From IMG/VR virus record IMGVR_UViG_3300050821_003357, positions 1,306-65,305 of that record: DNA of 64,000 nt. One strand, written 5' to 3'. Every line of letters begins with the position of its first letter. Within the stretch, counting starts at the first letter, position 1. Made by a program: the position numbers and the translations under genes. Under the pieces are notes generated by a model, which was given only the letters and a program-made list of their open reading frames with translations, searched no databases and was not told the DNA's origin. Source of the DNA: a virus (lineage: Duplodnaviria; Caudoviricetes). Of this stretch, positions 17,237 through 26,656 are shown one piece after another.

Positions 17237-19195
17237 ATGCTGAATATAGTCTGCGTCAAACACGGTTCGTTGTATGGCGCAGACTATGTCAATCGGCTGT
17301 ATGCGATGGTCGCCCGCAACCTGACGGCAGGGCACGAAGGCCGGTTCATCTGCTTTACCGACGATGACGCGGGCATCAGGCAGGAAATCCACTGTCGGCC
17401 ATTGCCGAAAGGGATCTTAGGCTGGTGGAACAAACTCGCTCTGTTCGCGCCGGGCGAGTTCGAACGGCACGACCGCATCCTGTATTTCGACCTTGATACG
17501 GTGATGGTCGGAGATCTCGACGAAATCGCGCGATATGACGGTGAATTCGCCATTCTGCGGGACTTTTACAGAGAGGATGGATGGCAATCATCGGTAATGG
17601 CATGGAAGTCCGGATTTGGTGCCGAGATCTGGCAGCGCTGGAACCGCGAGGGCCGCCCGGAAGCCGATGGCGGCGATCAGGAATGGATTGAGCATGTTTT
17701 CAAAAACAAATGGCCAGTAATCCAGCCCGAAATCCTGCAAGATCTCTACCCTGGGAAGTTTGTCTCCTATAAGCGCGACTGCATCCCGTATCCACCTGAA
17801 GGCGCGAGTGTGGTGGTCTTCCACGGTGAGCCCAAGCCGCACGATTGCGGGCGCTCCTGGGTCGAGGCGATGTGGACCGAGAGCGATACCGGGCATTTCC
17901 AGCTGGCGATGATCCCGAATATCCCGCTTGAGCAGATCAGAAAGCAGGCCAAGCATTCCGCTACGCTGGGGCTGCCGCGCCTTAAATCACAGCCGGCCAA
18001 TCAAGGAACCGCTTCGCCATTTATCGGCAAAGTCGCCATTATTGGCGGCGGTCCGTCCATTGGCGATCCGGTCATTCAGGCTGAGTTGTCGCTACTGCGC
18101 TCCAAAGGGTTCGCGATCTGGGCGCTCAACGGCAGTTATGATTGGCTGCTCGATCGCGGCCTCGTAGCTGACGCGCACGTGCTGCTCGACGCGAGATATG
18201 ACAACCTGAGATTTCTTCGTAATTCCGAGCCGGAAACGACTTATTACCTCGCTTCGATATGCAGCGGCTTTGTTTATGACGAGCTAATCACACAGGGCCG
18301 GAAAATCGTCCGCTTCGATCTGGATGTGATGGGCGATTGCGGAACTACGGTAGGCACGCATGCCATTGCCGTGGCATTTACCGAGGGTTTCCGGGAAATC
18401 CACCTATACGGGTACGACAGCTCATACCGAGGGGACGCCGGGCATGCCTATGAACAGGCGCTGAACGGCGAGGAGCGGATTGTCGATGCGCATGTCGGGG
18501 ATCGGACCTTCCGAGCGGCACCGTGGATGGTGCGGCAAGCGCAGGATTTCGACGGCTTGGCGGCTGCGATCGTTAGCGCCGGAGGAACGATCGTCGTTCA
18601 TGGCGACGGGCTGCTTCCGTATGTCGCGCAGCAGATGGCGGCACCGCGATGGGCAGAGGTCCGCGCGGCAGAAGTGCTGAAGCGTCTTCCTGCCGGCCCT
18701 GTACGTGGCGCTGAGATTGGCGTGTTCTGTGGCGGGATGTCTGCCGCACTACTGCAGCGACCCGATCTCGATCTGTTGATGGTCGATAGCTGGGAAGGCG
18801 ATGGGAAAGCATATTTGTCCGAAAGCGGCGATTGGCATGCGAAGCTGAGCCGTGATGAGCAGAATAGCTTTATGAAGATTGCGAGTCGCGCCGTCGACTT
18901 TGCTGGCTGCCGAGCAACAATCCGACGCGTCAGATCTCGAACACAGGCACGATCGATAGGTATAGAACGGCTAGACTTTGTCTTCATTGATGCGGATCAC
19001 TCATACCAGGGGTGTAAGGCTGACATCGTGGCATGGGCACCAAGGATAAAGCCCGGCGGCCTATTGTGCGGGCACGATTACGACAATCCGGATTTCCCCG
19101 AATTCGGGGTGAAGCGCGCAGTCGATGAGTACGCCGCCACGACTGGCCGTCAAGTGGAACTCGGCGCCAACCTGACGTGGTTCATCCGACTCTGA
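17237..19195 (+). CDS. glycosyltransferase + DUF115/Maf-like + class I SAM methyltransferase fusion
   Basis: YFDLD, GDQ, VFHGEPKPH; IIGGGPS..LN..GFREIHLYGYDS; EIGVFCG, FIDADHSY, KPGGLLCGHDY. Confidence 0.85.
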   Translation: MLNIVCVKHGSLYGADYVNRLYAMVARNLTAGHEGRFICFTDDDAGIRQEIHCRPLPKGILGWWNKLALFAPGEFERHDRILYFDLDTVMVGDLDEIARYDGEFAILRDFYREDGWQSSVMAWKSGFGAEIWQRWNREGRPEADGGDQEWIEHVFKNKWPVIQPEILQDLYPGKFVSYKRDCIPYPPEGASVVVFHGEPKPHDCGRSWVEAMWTESDTGHFQLAMIPNIPLEQIRKQAKHSATLGLPRLKSQPANQGTASPFIGKVAIIGGGPSIGDPVIQAELSLLRSKGFAIWALNGSYDWLLDRGLVADAHVLLDARYDNLRFLRNSEPETTYYLASICSGFVYDELITQGRKIVRFDLDVMGDCGTTVGTHAIAVAFTEGFREIHLYGYDSSYRGDAGHAYEQALNGEERIVDAHVGDRTFRAAPWMVRQAQDFDGLAAAIVSAGGTIVVHGDGLLPYVAQQMAAPRWAEVRAAEVLKRLPAGPVRGAEIGVFCGGMSAALLQRPDLDLLMVDSWEGDGKAYLSESGDWHAKLSRDEQNSFMKIASRAVDFAGCRATIRRVRSRTQARSIGIERLDFVFIDADHSYQGCKADIVAWAPRIKPGGLLCGHDYDNPDFPEFGVKRAVDEYAATTGRQVELGANLTWFIRL

Positions 19196-19207
19196 AAGGA
19201 CGAGACG

Positions 19208-19804
19208 ATGCCTCAACTTGAAGAAATCATGGCCTCTGGCGTTCCGTGGCTTGCCGCGCTGAATATTGCCAAGATCCCAGCTGGTGCCGGTGTAGGTACC
19301 ATGAATGACCAGGGCAACATATTCGCTGCGAACATGGCATTGACCAGTCCGGCGGGCCTGAGTGCCGATACTGTCATGGCCTCATTCACTATCCCCCCTC
19401 TGACATTCGATATTGCAAACCGCGGCATGGTATTCGAAGCCTATGGAGGCTCTACAAGCAGCGCAAATGCCAAGGTCGTCAAGATCATCGTTGGCTGTAC
19501 GGCGGCTGTAGTCGGAAGCGCGGTTTCCGGCGGCACCACCATCGCCACTATACCATCTTTCACTACCATAACGGGAGGATGGTTTATTGGAGCGCAGGTA
19601 TTCAAATATGGCATCACTGGATCAAATACGCAGATAGCGACGCATTTCGCGGGGCAGGTTGGTGGAACGGCGCAAGCATTGACGGCGCCGACAGCTCTCA
19701 CGCTGACTGAGAACGCCGGCATCCTCTGTGCGGTAACGCTCAATGTTGCGGTAACTGCGTCAGATTTGCAGTTCTGTACCTTCATTTGCAACATGATGAA
19801 CTGA
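19208..19804 (+). CDS. putative virion protein
   Basis: Ala/Thr/Gly beta-rich, in structural operon. Confidence 0.6.
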   Translation: MPQLEEIMASGVPWLAALNIAKIPAGAGVGTMNDQGNIFAANMALTSPAGLSADTVMASFTIPPLTFDIANRGMVFEAYGGSTSSANAKVVKIIVGCTAAVVGSAVSGGTTIATIPSFTTITGGWFIGAQVFKYGITGSNTQIATHFAGQVGGTAQALTAPTALTLTENAGILCAVTLNVAVTASDLQFCTFICNMMN

Positions 19805-19811
19805 GGAGATC

Positions 19812-20558
19812 ATGCCAGCTCCGCAATACACCCGCTCATGGGCCGGCGGCGAGGCGCTGCCAAACAGCACGCGCCCGCGCTTCTTCATGCAGGCCGTCAA
19901 GGACGAACTGGCTACTGCGAAAGAGGGGCGCCCGATCTATTTCGAGATCGAGATGATCGAGCGCTTCATGCCTAGCGTCGCGCAGTGGACGGTTCCCGTC
20001 AACAAGGTGACTGACGCCGATCGGGCCGAATTCCCGCGCCAATACGAGGCGTTCAAGCAAGGGCTGGAAATTGCCACGGAAGGAACGCCGATCGAGTCGT
20101 GGTCGCGGCTTGACCGGGCCATGGTTGAGGAACTAAAGGCGATCGGGCTGCGCACCGTAGAGGAGATCGCTTGCCTTGACGATCGCGGCGTGCAGCGTGT
20201 CATGGGATTGCCGAAACTTCGGTTGATGGCTCGAGCATACCTAGACGAAGCGGCAGCGTCGGCGCTCTCCGAAGCGCTCATAAAAGAGAATGATGAGCTG
20301 AAAGTCGATATTGCGCGACTGAATAATCAAGTCGAGGAATTGGGCGAGATCACACGTCGCATGCACGGCGAGCTATTAGGGTTGAAGAATCAGCCCAATA
20401 CGATTGCCGGCGTCGCGCCGATGCATCTTGATCCCGCAGAGGCCATGCGGATGCAGCAAGCCGCCGTTCCCGAACAGAGAGCCGCCACATCTTCGCTCGC
20501 GGCCTTTGCGGAGGAAGAAGCACATCGGCGCAGCAAGCGGAACGAAGCCAATGGCTAA
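19812..20558 (+). CDS. conserved phage protein (HhH-like plus coiled coil)
   Basis: FPRQYEAFK, GTPIESW, GLRTVEEIA. Confidence 0.65.
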   Translation: MPAPQYTRSWAGGEALPNSTRPRFFMQAVKDELATAKEGRPIYFEIEMIERFMPSVAQWTVPVNKVTDADRAEFPRQYEAFKQGLEIATEGTPIESWSRLDRAMVEELKAIGLRTVEEIACLDDRGVQRVMGLPKLRLMARAYLDEAAASALSEALIKENDELKVDIARLNNQVEELGEITRRMHGELLGLKNQPNTIAGVAPMHLDPAEAMRMQQAAVPEQRAATSSLAAFAEEEAHRRSKRNEANG

Positions 20559-20763
20559 GTTGACGGCCAAGGCACGCAAGGGGCTCCCGAAGGGAGACTT
20601 TGCGGGTCCGGATCGTTCGTTTCCAGTTGAGGACAAGAAGCACGCTCGACTTGCCAAATCAGGCGCTAGTCGGGCTGAGCACGTTGGCAATATCTCGAAA
20701 GCAGTTGAGCGGCGCATCGATCAAAGAGCTGATCGGGTGCTTGGAAAGAAGAAGGGAAAGTAA
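20551..20763 (+). CDS. small basic protein
   Basis: MAKLTAKARKGLPKGDFAGPDRSFPVEDKKHAR. Confidence 0.7.
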   Translation: MAKLTAKARKGLPKGDFAGPDRSFPVEDKKHARLAKSGASRAEHVGNISKAVERRIDQRADRVLGKKKGK

Positions 20764-20764
20764 G

Positions 20765-20914
20765 ATGCCGCTGAACAAAGGAAAGAGTCGCGCAGCGGTT
20801 TCCCAAAACATCAAGACTGAGATCGCTGCCGGAAAGCCACAAAAACAAGCCGTAGCGATCGCGTTGAATACCGCGCGCAAGGCTGGCGCAAAGATCCCGC
20901 GCAAGCGCAAATGA
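20765..20914 (+). CDS. small basic protein
   Basis: MPLNKGKS...NIKTEIAAGKPQKQAVAIAL. Confidence 0.7.
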   Translation: MPLNKGKSRAAVSQNIKTEIAAGKPQKQAVAIALNTARKAGAKIPRKRK

Positions 20915-21915
20915 GCCTTCTGTCGATCTGCACGAACGCTGCAAACAATGCCGGGGTCAATGTCCCGGCTGCGATCGTTGGTAATGCCGATCCGGCAGCG
21001 GCGAGACTGTTGCAACTCGCTCGCGACGTGGCGTGGGATCTATCCGAGCGTGTCAACTGGACAGCGCTCACGGTCGAGAACGTGTTTATCGCAAACGGCA
21101 CGTCTGATTACACATTGCCGGCGGATTTCCGGTCGATGGTCAATGATACGCTGTGGGATCGCTCGCGCTTCTGGCGGATGCGCGGCGCGATGTCGCCGCA
21201 ACAGTGGCAGCTGTACAAATCATCGGTTATCGGACGCGCCACGATCGAGCGGCGCTGGCGGATTCGTCTGCCATCGGGCGACCCTGCGGGCGCTGCGGTC
21301 CAGTTTGAGATAGATCCGCCCATAACGGGCGATACCGCCTCTACTTTCGTCTACGAATACGTTTCGAGGAACTGGTGTGCATCGACGACGAAGCAGCAAG
21401 CCGTCTCGGCTGTGATTGCAGTAGGCGGATCGGGATATGTCATAGGCAACACCTGGACGCCCAACTTGGCGGGCGCGGGAGCGGTCAATATCAATCCCGT
21501 CCTCACCGTGACCTCGGTTTTGACCGGGGGTGTCATCGCAACAGCAGAGATCACCACGCCCGGCAACGTCACTCCACCACTGCCCGCTAATCCCATCGCG
21601 CAACTCTCGACCAGCGGCATCGGCACTGGCGCAACCTTCACGATGGGTTGGGGCAACGCCACCCAGGCAGATTGGATAGCGGACACAGACATCGCGCTCC
21701 TCGATGAGCGGACGATTGAGATCGGCGTGCTATCGCGTTTATTGCATCGGCTGGGGCTCGACTATAGCGACGAGGAGGACAGATTTGAACGCCGCGTCGA
21801 CGTGCTGATCGCACGTGACGGCGGCACCGCGACGCTTGATCTGGCGCCGTATGACCGCCTGACGCTGGTCGGGCCGTACAATGTGCCGGAGACCGGCTTT
21901 GGACCGCAGAGCTGA
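20911..21915 (+). CDS. head-tail adaptor (tail tubular A-like) with inserted domain
   Basis: MSLLSIC, YTLPADF, TLWDRS, FVYEYVS, GLDYS, N.PETGFG. Confidence 0.78.
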   Translation: MSLLSICTNAANNAGVNVPAAIVGNADPAAARLLQLARDVAWDLSERVNWTALTVENVFIANGTSDYTLPADFRSMVNDTLWDRSRFWRMRGAMSPQQWQLYKSSVIGRATIERRWRIRLPSGDPAGAAVQFEIDPPITGDTASTFVYEYVSRNWCASTTKQQAVSAVIAVGGSGYVIGNTWTPNLAGAGAVNINPVLTVTSVLTGGVIATAEITTPGNVTPPLPANPIAQLSTSGIGTGATFTMGWGNATQADWIADTDIALLDERTIEIGVLSRLLHRLGLDYSDEEDRFERRVDVLIARDGGTATLDLAPYDRLTLVGPYNVPETGFGPQS

Positions 21916-22196
21916 TGGAAACCCTCGCCTCCATCCTCGCCGGTCAAGGTTCCAATCCCTATCAGCAAGCGGGTCAGGGGATAGCGCCGCTGCTGAGTCA
22001 GATGCTGCTCAATCAGCAGCTGGCTCCGAGTCAGATTGGTCAGCAGGCTCCCCAGGCGGCGCCACAGGCGCAGCCGGCCATGCCGCAGGGAGCGCCGATC
22101 GGCTTAGGGATGATGCCGCAGGGTGGCGGAATGGCAAATCCGCAGACCGCAGCACTCTTGCAAGCGCTGCAAGGCGGTCAAACCCAAGGGAGCTGA
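21915..22196 (+). CDS. small Gln/Pro-rich protein, possible internal virion protein
   Basis: N-terminus LASILAG similar to ejection protein 33152. Confidence 0.55.
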   Translation: METLASILAGQGSNPYQQAGQGIAPLLSQMLLNQQLAPSQIGQQAPQAAPQAQPAMPQGAPIGLGMMPQGGGMANPQTAALLQALQGGQTQGS

Positions 22197-22244
22197 TACC
22201 GGCGCGCCGTCGTGAGACGCCGCAATCCTCTAACGGAGCAATAA

Positions 22245-23042
22245 ATGGTGCGTGTTTTCTTGATGGCGGCTGCATTTGTTGCCGTGTTCGGCATATCCAA
22301 TGCTCAAACCATCACCATCGGCGAGACCAATAGACTTGGAATTGACGACTCCGCCAATGCGGGATATCTGCTTGCCGAAGGGCCGTTCAATCTGTCTCAG
22401 CAAGCGACAATAAATAGCCTGTCCTTCTATGTCGGCAGTGTATCCGGCAATCTGCGGCTTGGCATTTATACCGCCGGGACCAATAATGATTGTCACGGTG
22501 GGACGCTTGAAGCGCAGACTAATTCGGTGTCCACGTCAGGACATGCCAATAGCTGGATCACTGCAAACGTAGTAACGCCCGTGCAATTGCCTGTGGGTAA
22601 TTACTGTTTGGCTTACGAGCAAAGCAGCAATAGTCTTCACTCCGTCAAAGGCATGACGCAAGGTGTTGGAGATTATTGGTACACTCATAGTTACGGTACT
22701 TTCCCATCAACGTTCTCGTCGTCGCTCGGCGGACCTGACGGTTATCATTGGTCGATCTATGGGACACTTACTCCGGTGCAGCAGCAGCCTACGCTGTCAC
22801 TTTCGTTCAGTCCCGCCAGTCCAAGCATTCCGTACACTTCATCCTTGGGCACCGCCGTCGCGCAGATTGTGCCTGCATGGAGTGACGGGAGCCAGTTCAC
22901 CGGCACAGTCGCATTTGCCTATCCATATTTCAGCGACGGCGGCTGTTTTTCGATAGACGGCAGCTTGAACCTAATTACCGCGTGCTCTCTGTCCAGCGAC
23001 GGCAATACCGTCCAGAACGTAACTGTCACAGCCAACCAATAA
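22245..23042 (+). CDS. exported beta-sandwich protein with C-terminal cadherin/Ig-like domain
   Basis: Signal peptide ..GISNA/QTITIG; C-terminal domain shared with 42212-44959. Confidence 0.75.
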   Translation: MVRVFLMAAAFVAVFGISNAQTITIGETNRLGIDDSANAGYLLAEGPFNLSQQATINSLSFYVGSVSGNLRLGIYTAGTNNDCHGGTLEAQTNSVSTSGHANSWITANVVTPVQLPVGNYCLAYEQSSNSLHSVKGMTQGVGDYWYTHSYGTFPSTFSSSLGGPDGYHWSIYGTLTPVQQQPTLSLSFSPASPSIPYTSSLGTAVAQIVPAWSDGSQFTGTVAFAYPYFSDGGCFSIDGSLNLITACSLSSDGNTVQNVTVTANQ

Positions 23043-23053
23043 AGATGAGACAA

Positions 23054-25060
23054 ATGAAACGGATTGCTTTAGTCAGCATACTGCTGGCATTCCCCGGACT
23101 CTTGTGGGCGGCGACGGCAACCAAAAATCTTGCGATCAACATTACCGGAGCCGGCATCCCGACTTACACCTACAATTTCACGACCGGCGCGTGTACGCCA
23201 AGCAATGGCGCTTCCGCTACGAACTGCATTGCCGGCAGCATGACGGCCGGCGTCTGCAATGGCACGACGGCGCAAAACGACGCGGCACTGAACAGTTTCA
23301 ATGACGAAGCGCAAAAGCATACGCGCCCAGCCCAGACGGGATACAGCGGTGGTGGGACGCAGCACAACAACCAGAATGGCGACGGCAATGCTTATGCCGA
23401 CGCCAATATCACCAATCAGATCGTGCTCAACTTTCCGGCGTGCAATAAATTCGCCTATACCTATCCGCTGTTTCCGACCGGGATTAGAAATGTAAGCATC
23501 GTGGGGGCTGGGTCGGGTTCGACTGTATTCCAGAACCTGAATACGGCCGGACACCCTTACACATCGAATGCGATCATTTCCGCTTGGGACTTTTTCGGGG
23601 ATACTTTCTATGGGCAGCCGGCCTACGGGACGATCATCAATTCGCCTTACGGTTCCGACGAATATGGCCACCTAATCAATACAGCCAACGCTGGCGCCAC
23701 GACCGTTACGCTGACCGAATCCACGTTTGCTTCGGAATATTTTGTCGGGCGGTGGGTCATGATCATGTCCTACGTCCAGGACAGCTCCGGGTCCTACCCG
23801 CCGAACATGCGATATTACGATTTCGGAGTGGTCACGGCCGTCAATCTCTCAACCGGCGTCATCACCCTTGATCCGACCACGATGTATCAGGGCACCGGAC
23901 TGCGGTTTACCCATCTCGGCTGTGCGGCAGTCGCGGGATGCACCGCCCGGCCATACAACCTGAACACATTGAGCGATGCGGCGGTGACGGCCAGTGCGAT
24001 CGGAGCGGGCCAAGTCGGGCCGGCGCGGATTGTTCCGATCGATACCCCGCAGAAGCCGATGGCGGTAACTTACAATCTGCAGGGGATACACTTCCTGCAC
24101 AACCCGACACTATCGCCGCCGACAAACCCGGTGGCTCCGTGCAATGCGTCGGGCATCTATCCGGCATGCTGCGCGGCTACTGATGGACCGGTTTTCCAGG
24201 GCACCGTCAATGGAACCGGCAGTGACCTGATCATGGAATGCACGATGGAAAGTGCTAACCTGATCAATCTTACGCTGTCCAACAGCTCGTTCTTCTATGA
24301 GGAGGCCGATAAGAACATCGGCTCTGCGACTTACAACAACGTCACCGCCCTATTCTCATTGTTACATAGTGGCGATCTGCTATTTCACGCCGCGGGCGGG
24401 AATCTAGGTGGCAACGGCTCCGCGAACGGTGGCGAGGTAACTTGCGCCGCGTTCGTCTGTCAGTTTGACGGTGGTGTGATTTTGAGCGCTGCGGTTGCCG
24501 GAAACAATCCTGATATTCAGCTCGATCGCCCAAACTTTACCGACCAGATCATCGTGAACGGCGCGGCCTTTCACGGCAGCAATTCGCTCGGCAACACGAT
24601 GGTCAACTCCTCGGATGACACTCCCTACTCGGTGACGATCGGATCTGGCGGCGTTAGCTTTTCCGGGAATCGATTGACGGTCTCGAAGTGCAACAATGCC
24701 CCTAGTGGTGGCGAGACCTGCTGGGACATGGAAGATTGCAGCCAACCGGCGTGCAAGGTGATCGATTACTGGGGGGATGGTGGCGCGTTGATCACGAATG
24801 GCACGATGAACACAGGCGTCACGGTCTCGTCCATGACCGGAGATGCCACGCATATTTATGTCGATTTCAGCGGGACGCCGGCCTTCGCGAATGGGCAGGT
24901 GGTGGCGGTGGGGCGGGTGCGCTCGGTGAGCGTGACGAATTCTACGGCGAGCAGCATCGGCAACAGCTGTGTGCCGGCCTCCGGCCCGAATAATTGCCTG
25001 CGCTATCCGACGCACGTGAACATCCCCAGCGTTACTTGGTCCGGAAATACAGGTGGTTGA
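23054..25060 (+). CDS. large exported Cys-rich beta-helix/adhesin-like protein
   Basis: MKRIALVSILLAFPGLLWA signal; IVGAGSGST; many Cys; start could be 23045. Confidence 0.75.
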   Translation: MKRIALVSILLAFPGLLWAATATKNLAINITGAGIPTYTYNFTTGACTPSNGASATNCIAGSMTAGVCNGTTAQNDAALNSFNDEAQKHTRPAQTGYSGGGTQHNNQNGDGNAYADANITNQIVLNFPACNKFAYTYPLFPTGIRNVSIVGAGSGSTVFQNLNTAGHPYTSNAIISAWDFFGDTFYGQPAYGTIINSPYGSDEYGHLINTANAGATTVTLTESTFASEYFVGRWVMIMSYVQDSSGSYPPNMRYYDFGVVTAVNLSTGVITLDPTTMYQGTGLRFTHLGCAAVAGCTARPYNLNTLSDAAVTASAIGAGQVGPARIVPIDTPQKPMAVTYNLQGIHFLHNPTLSPPTNPVAPCNASGIYPACCAATDGPVFQGTVNGTGSDLIMECTMESANLINLTLSNSSFFYEEADKNIGSATYNNVTALFSLLHSGDLLFHAAGGNLGGNGSANGGEVTCAAFVCQFDGGVILSAAVAGNNPDIQLDRPNFTDQIIVNGAAFHGSNSLGNTMVNSSDDTPYSVTIGSGGVSFSGNRLTVSKCNNAPSGGETCWDMEDCSQPACKVIDYWGDGGALITNGTMNTGVTVSSMTGDATHIYVDFSGTPAFANGQVVAVGRVRSVSVTNSTASSIGNSCVPASGPNNCLRYPTHVNIPSVTWSGNTGG

Positions 25061-25062
25061 AA

Positions 25063-25410
25063 ATGGCAGCTACATTTGTGCAGTTATTCCTTGGCAGCGA
25101 CGGGTCCGAGCTGGATCTGAACTATGATGACGTGACTCTGCTGGGAACTAGCTTCACGTTCATCGTGCCGCAATCATTGGGTGCACCGCTGACGGTGAAC
25201 GCAACGATACGCGACTACAATGGCGGAGCGCCCATCACGTTTCAGGCGCCGCCTAGCTCCCAAAACGGCCAGTTCACGTTTCCGACTCCGCTTGCCGGCG
25301 CGGCGACGGCGCGGGGCATCAACTGGGGGATCTCGCAAATCCAGTTCGGCACAGTCGGCACGTTTCCGGTTCAGGGGAACACCGTCGTCCACGTCACGCC
25401 AAACGGCTAA
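25063..25410 (+). CDS. putative virion protein
   Basis: Beta-rich; start MAATFVQLF. Confidence 0.6.
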   Translation: MAATFVQLFLGSDGSELDLNYDDVTLLGTSFTFIVPQSLGAPLTVNATIRDYNGGAPITFQAPPSSQNGQFTFPTPLAGAATARGINWGISQIQFGTVGTFPVQGNTVVHVTPNG

Positions 25411-25416
25411 TCTATT

Positions 25417-26136
25417 GTGGCCATTGCCCACGTAACCGGCGGGGGCGGTCATATAGGAAATATTGCCAGCGCAGCCACGCTCGCGCTCACTGTGCAGGCG
25501 GTCGGTACTGGCAATCTCGTATGCGGCGTTGTTACTTACGGCAGTGCCGGCACGCTCTCGAATGTAAAGGACAATGCCGGGACACCAAATACATACACGC
25601 TGGGAAATACAGTAACCGACGCGACTGACTCTTATAAAGCGACGGCGTTTTATTTATCCGGCATAACCGGCAACCCAACGATAATCACTGCGACGTTTGC
25701 TGCTGGTGTAACCTTTCGGGGTATAGCGTGCGACGAATATTCTGGGGTAGCGACTAGCTCTCCTCTCGATATAGCCACGCAGCAAGACCAGACCGGTATC
25801 ACGGGAACCGCCAACGCCATCACATCAGGGCTCGCGTCCACATTAAGCGACGGGGATTTGATTTACGGAGCGACAGTCACTGGCGGCGTCACAACGGCCG
25901 TTACGGCGGGAACTAGTCCCAATGCCTTCACGCTTCGGCAGACCGACCGCACGGCCAGTAATGAGTTTATGTACACCGAAGATTTCATCGTCCAGACGAC
26001 GCACGGCAGCATAGCGGCGACGTTTACCGGCTCGACGACGGGTGACGATTACGCGACATTCATCCTGGCGTTCAAGGCCGCCGCGGCGGCGGCCGGCATT
26101 CCTCTGCCCGCTATGAATCTGTCTGTGATGCCATGA
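25417..26136 (+). CDS. putative virion/fibre beta-sandwich protein
   Basis: Thr-rich; EYSGVATSSPLD; similar in type to 40582-41301. Confidence 0.65.
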   Translation: MAIAHVTGGGGHIGNIASAATLALTVQAVGTGNLVCGVVTYGSAGTLSNVKDNAGTPNTYTLGNTVTDATDSYKATAFYLSGITGNPTIITATFAAGVTFRGIACDEYSGVATSSPLDIATQQDQTGITGTANAITSGLASTLSDGDLIYGATVTGGVTTAVTAGTSPNAFTLRQTDRTASNEFMYTEDFIVQTTHGSIAATFTGSTTGDDYATFILAFKAAAAAAGIPLPAMNLSVMP

Positions 26137-26363
26137 CGACAGGCGCTATCGCTGAGGAAGATGAAACCCTTATCGAGCGCGCCAAGGCGAAGTGCGAGCG
26201 CGGCGAGATCGATGCGGAGTTGCGGGACATGATCGCCCGCATGAAAGAGATCGGCATGAGCCCTGCGCTGTGCGACGGCTGCGGTAATGCGATCAGGCCA
26301 GGTATGCCTCGGCAGCCCGGCTTTACGCTGCGGGTCGGCACCTTGACGATGAGAAACCCCTAA
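26133..26363 (+). CDS. small hypothetical protein (CxxC)
   Basis: Coupled ORF. Confidence 0.5.
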   Translation: MTTGAIAEEDETLIERAKAKCERGEIDAELRDMIARMKEIGMSPALCDGCGNAIRPGMPRQPGFTLRVGTLTMRNP

Positions 26364-26656
26364 TGAAGCATCGCCGATATCTCGATGGCGCGGGGTATTT
26401 CATCAACGATGATCGCTGCTCTGGTGGTCATCTTTCCGAGGATGACGTGCTCGGCTGCGCGCATTGTCAGAAGGCGCTGAAACGGAAGATCTGGATCGAC
26501 AACGGCGGCTATTGCAGCCAATGCGATTGGGAACTCTGCGTCGAGTGCGCGACAAAGGCTTTGACGGAAGGCTGCGCCAATTTCAAGAGGATGTTTGAAC
26601 GGGAAATTGAGGCCGCTTATGTTCGCGAACAGAATGCGAGGATTTTGGGCATATGA
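26363..26656 (+). CDS. Cys-rich Zn-finger-like protein
   Basis: CAHC, CSQC, CVEC. Confidence 0.65.
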   Translation: MKHRRYLDGAGYFINDDRCSGGHLSEDDVLGCAHCQKALKRKIWIDNGGYCSQCDWELCVECATKALTEGCANFKRMFEREIEAAYVREQNARILGI

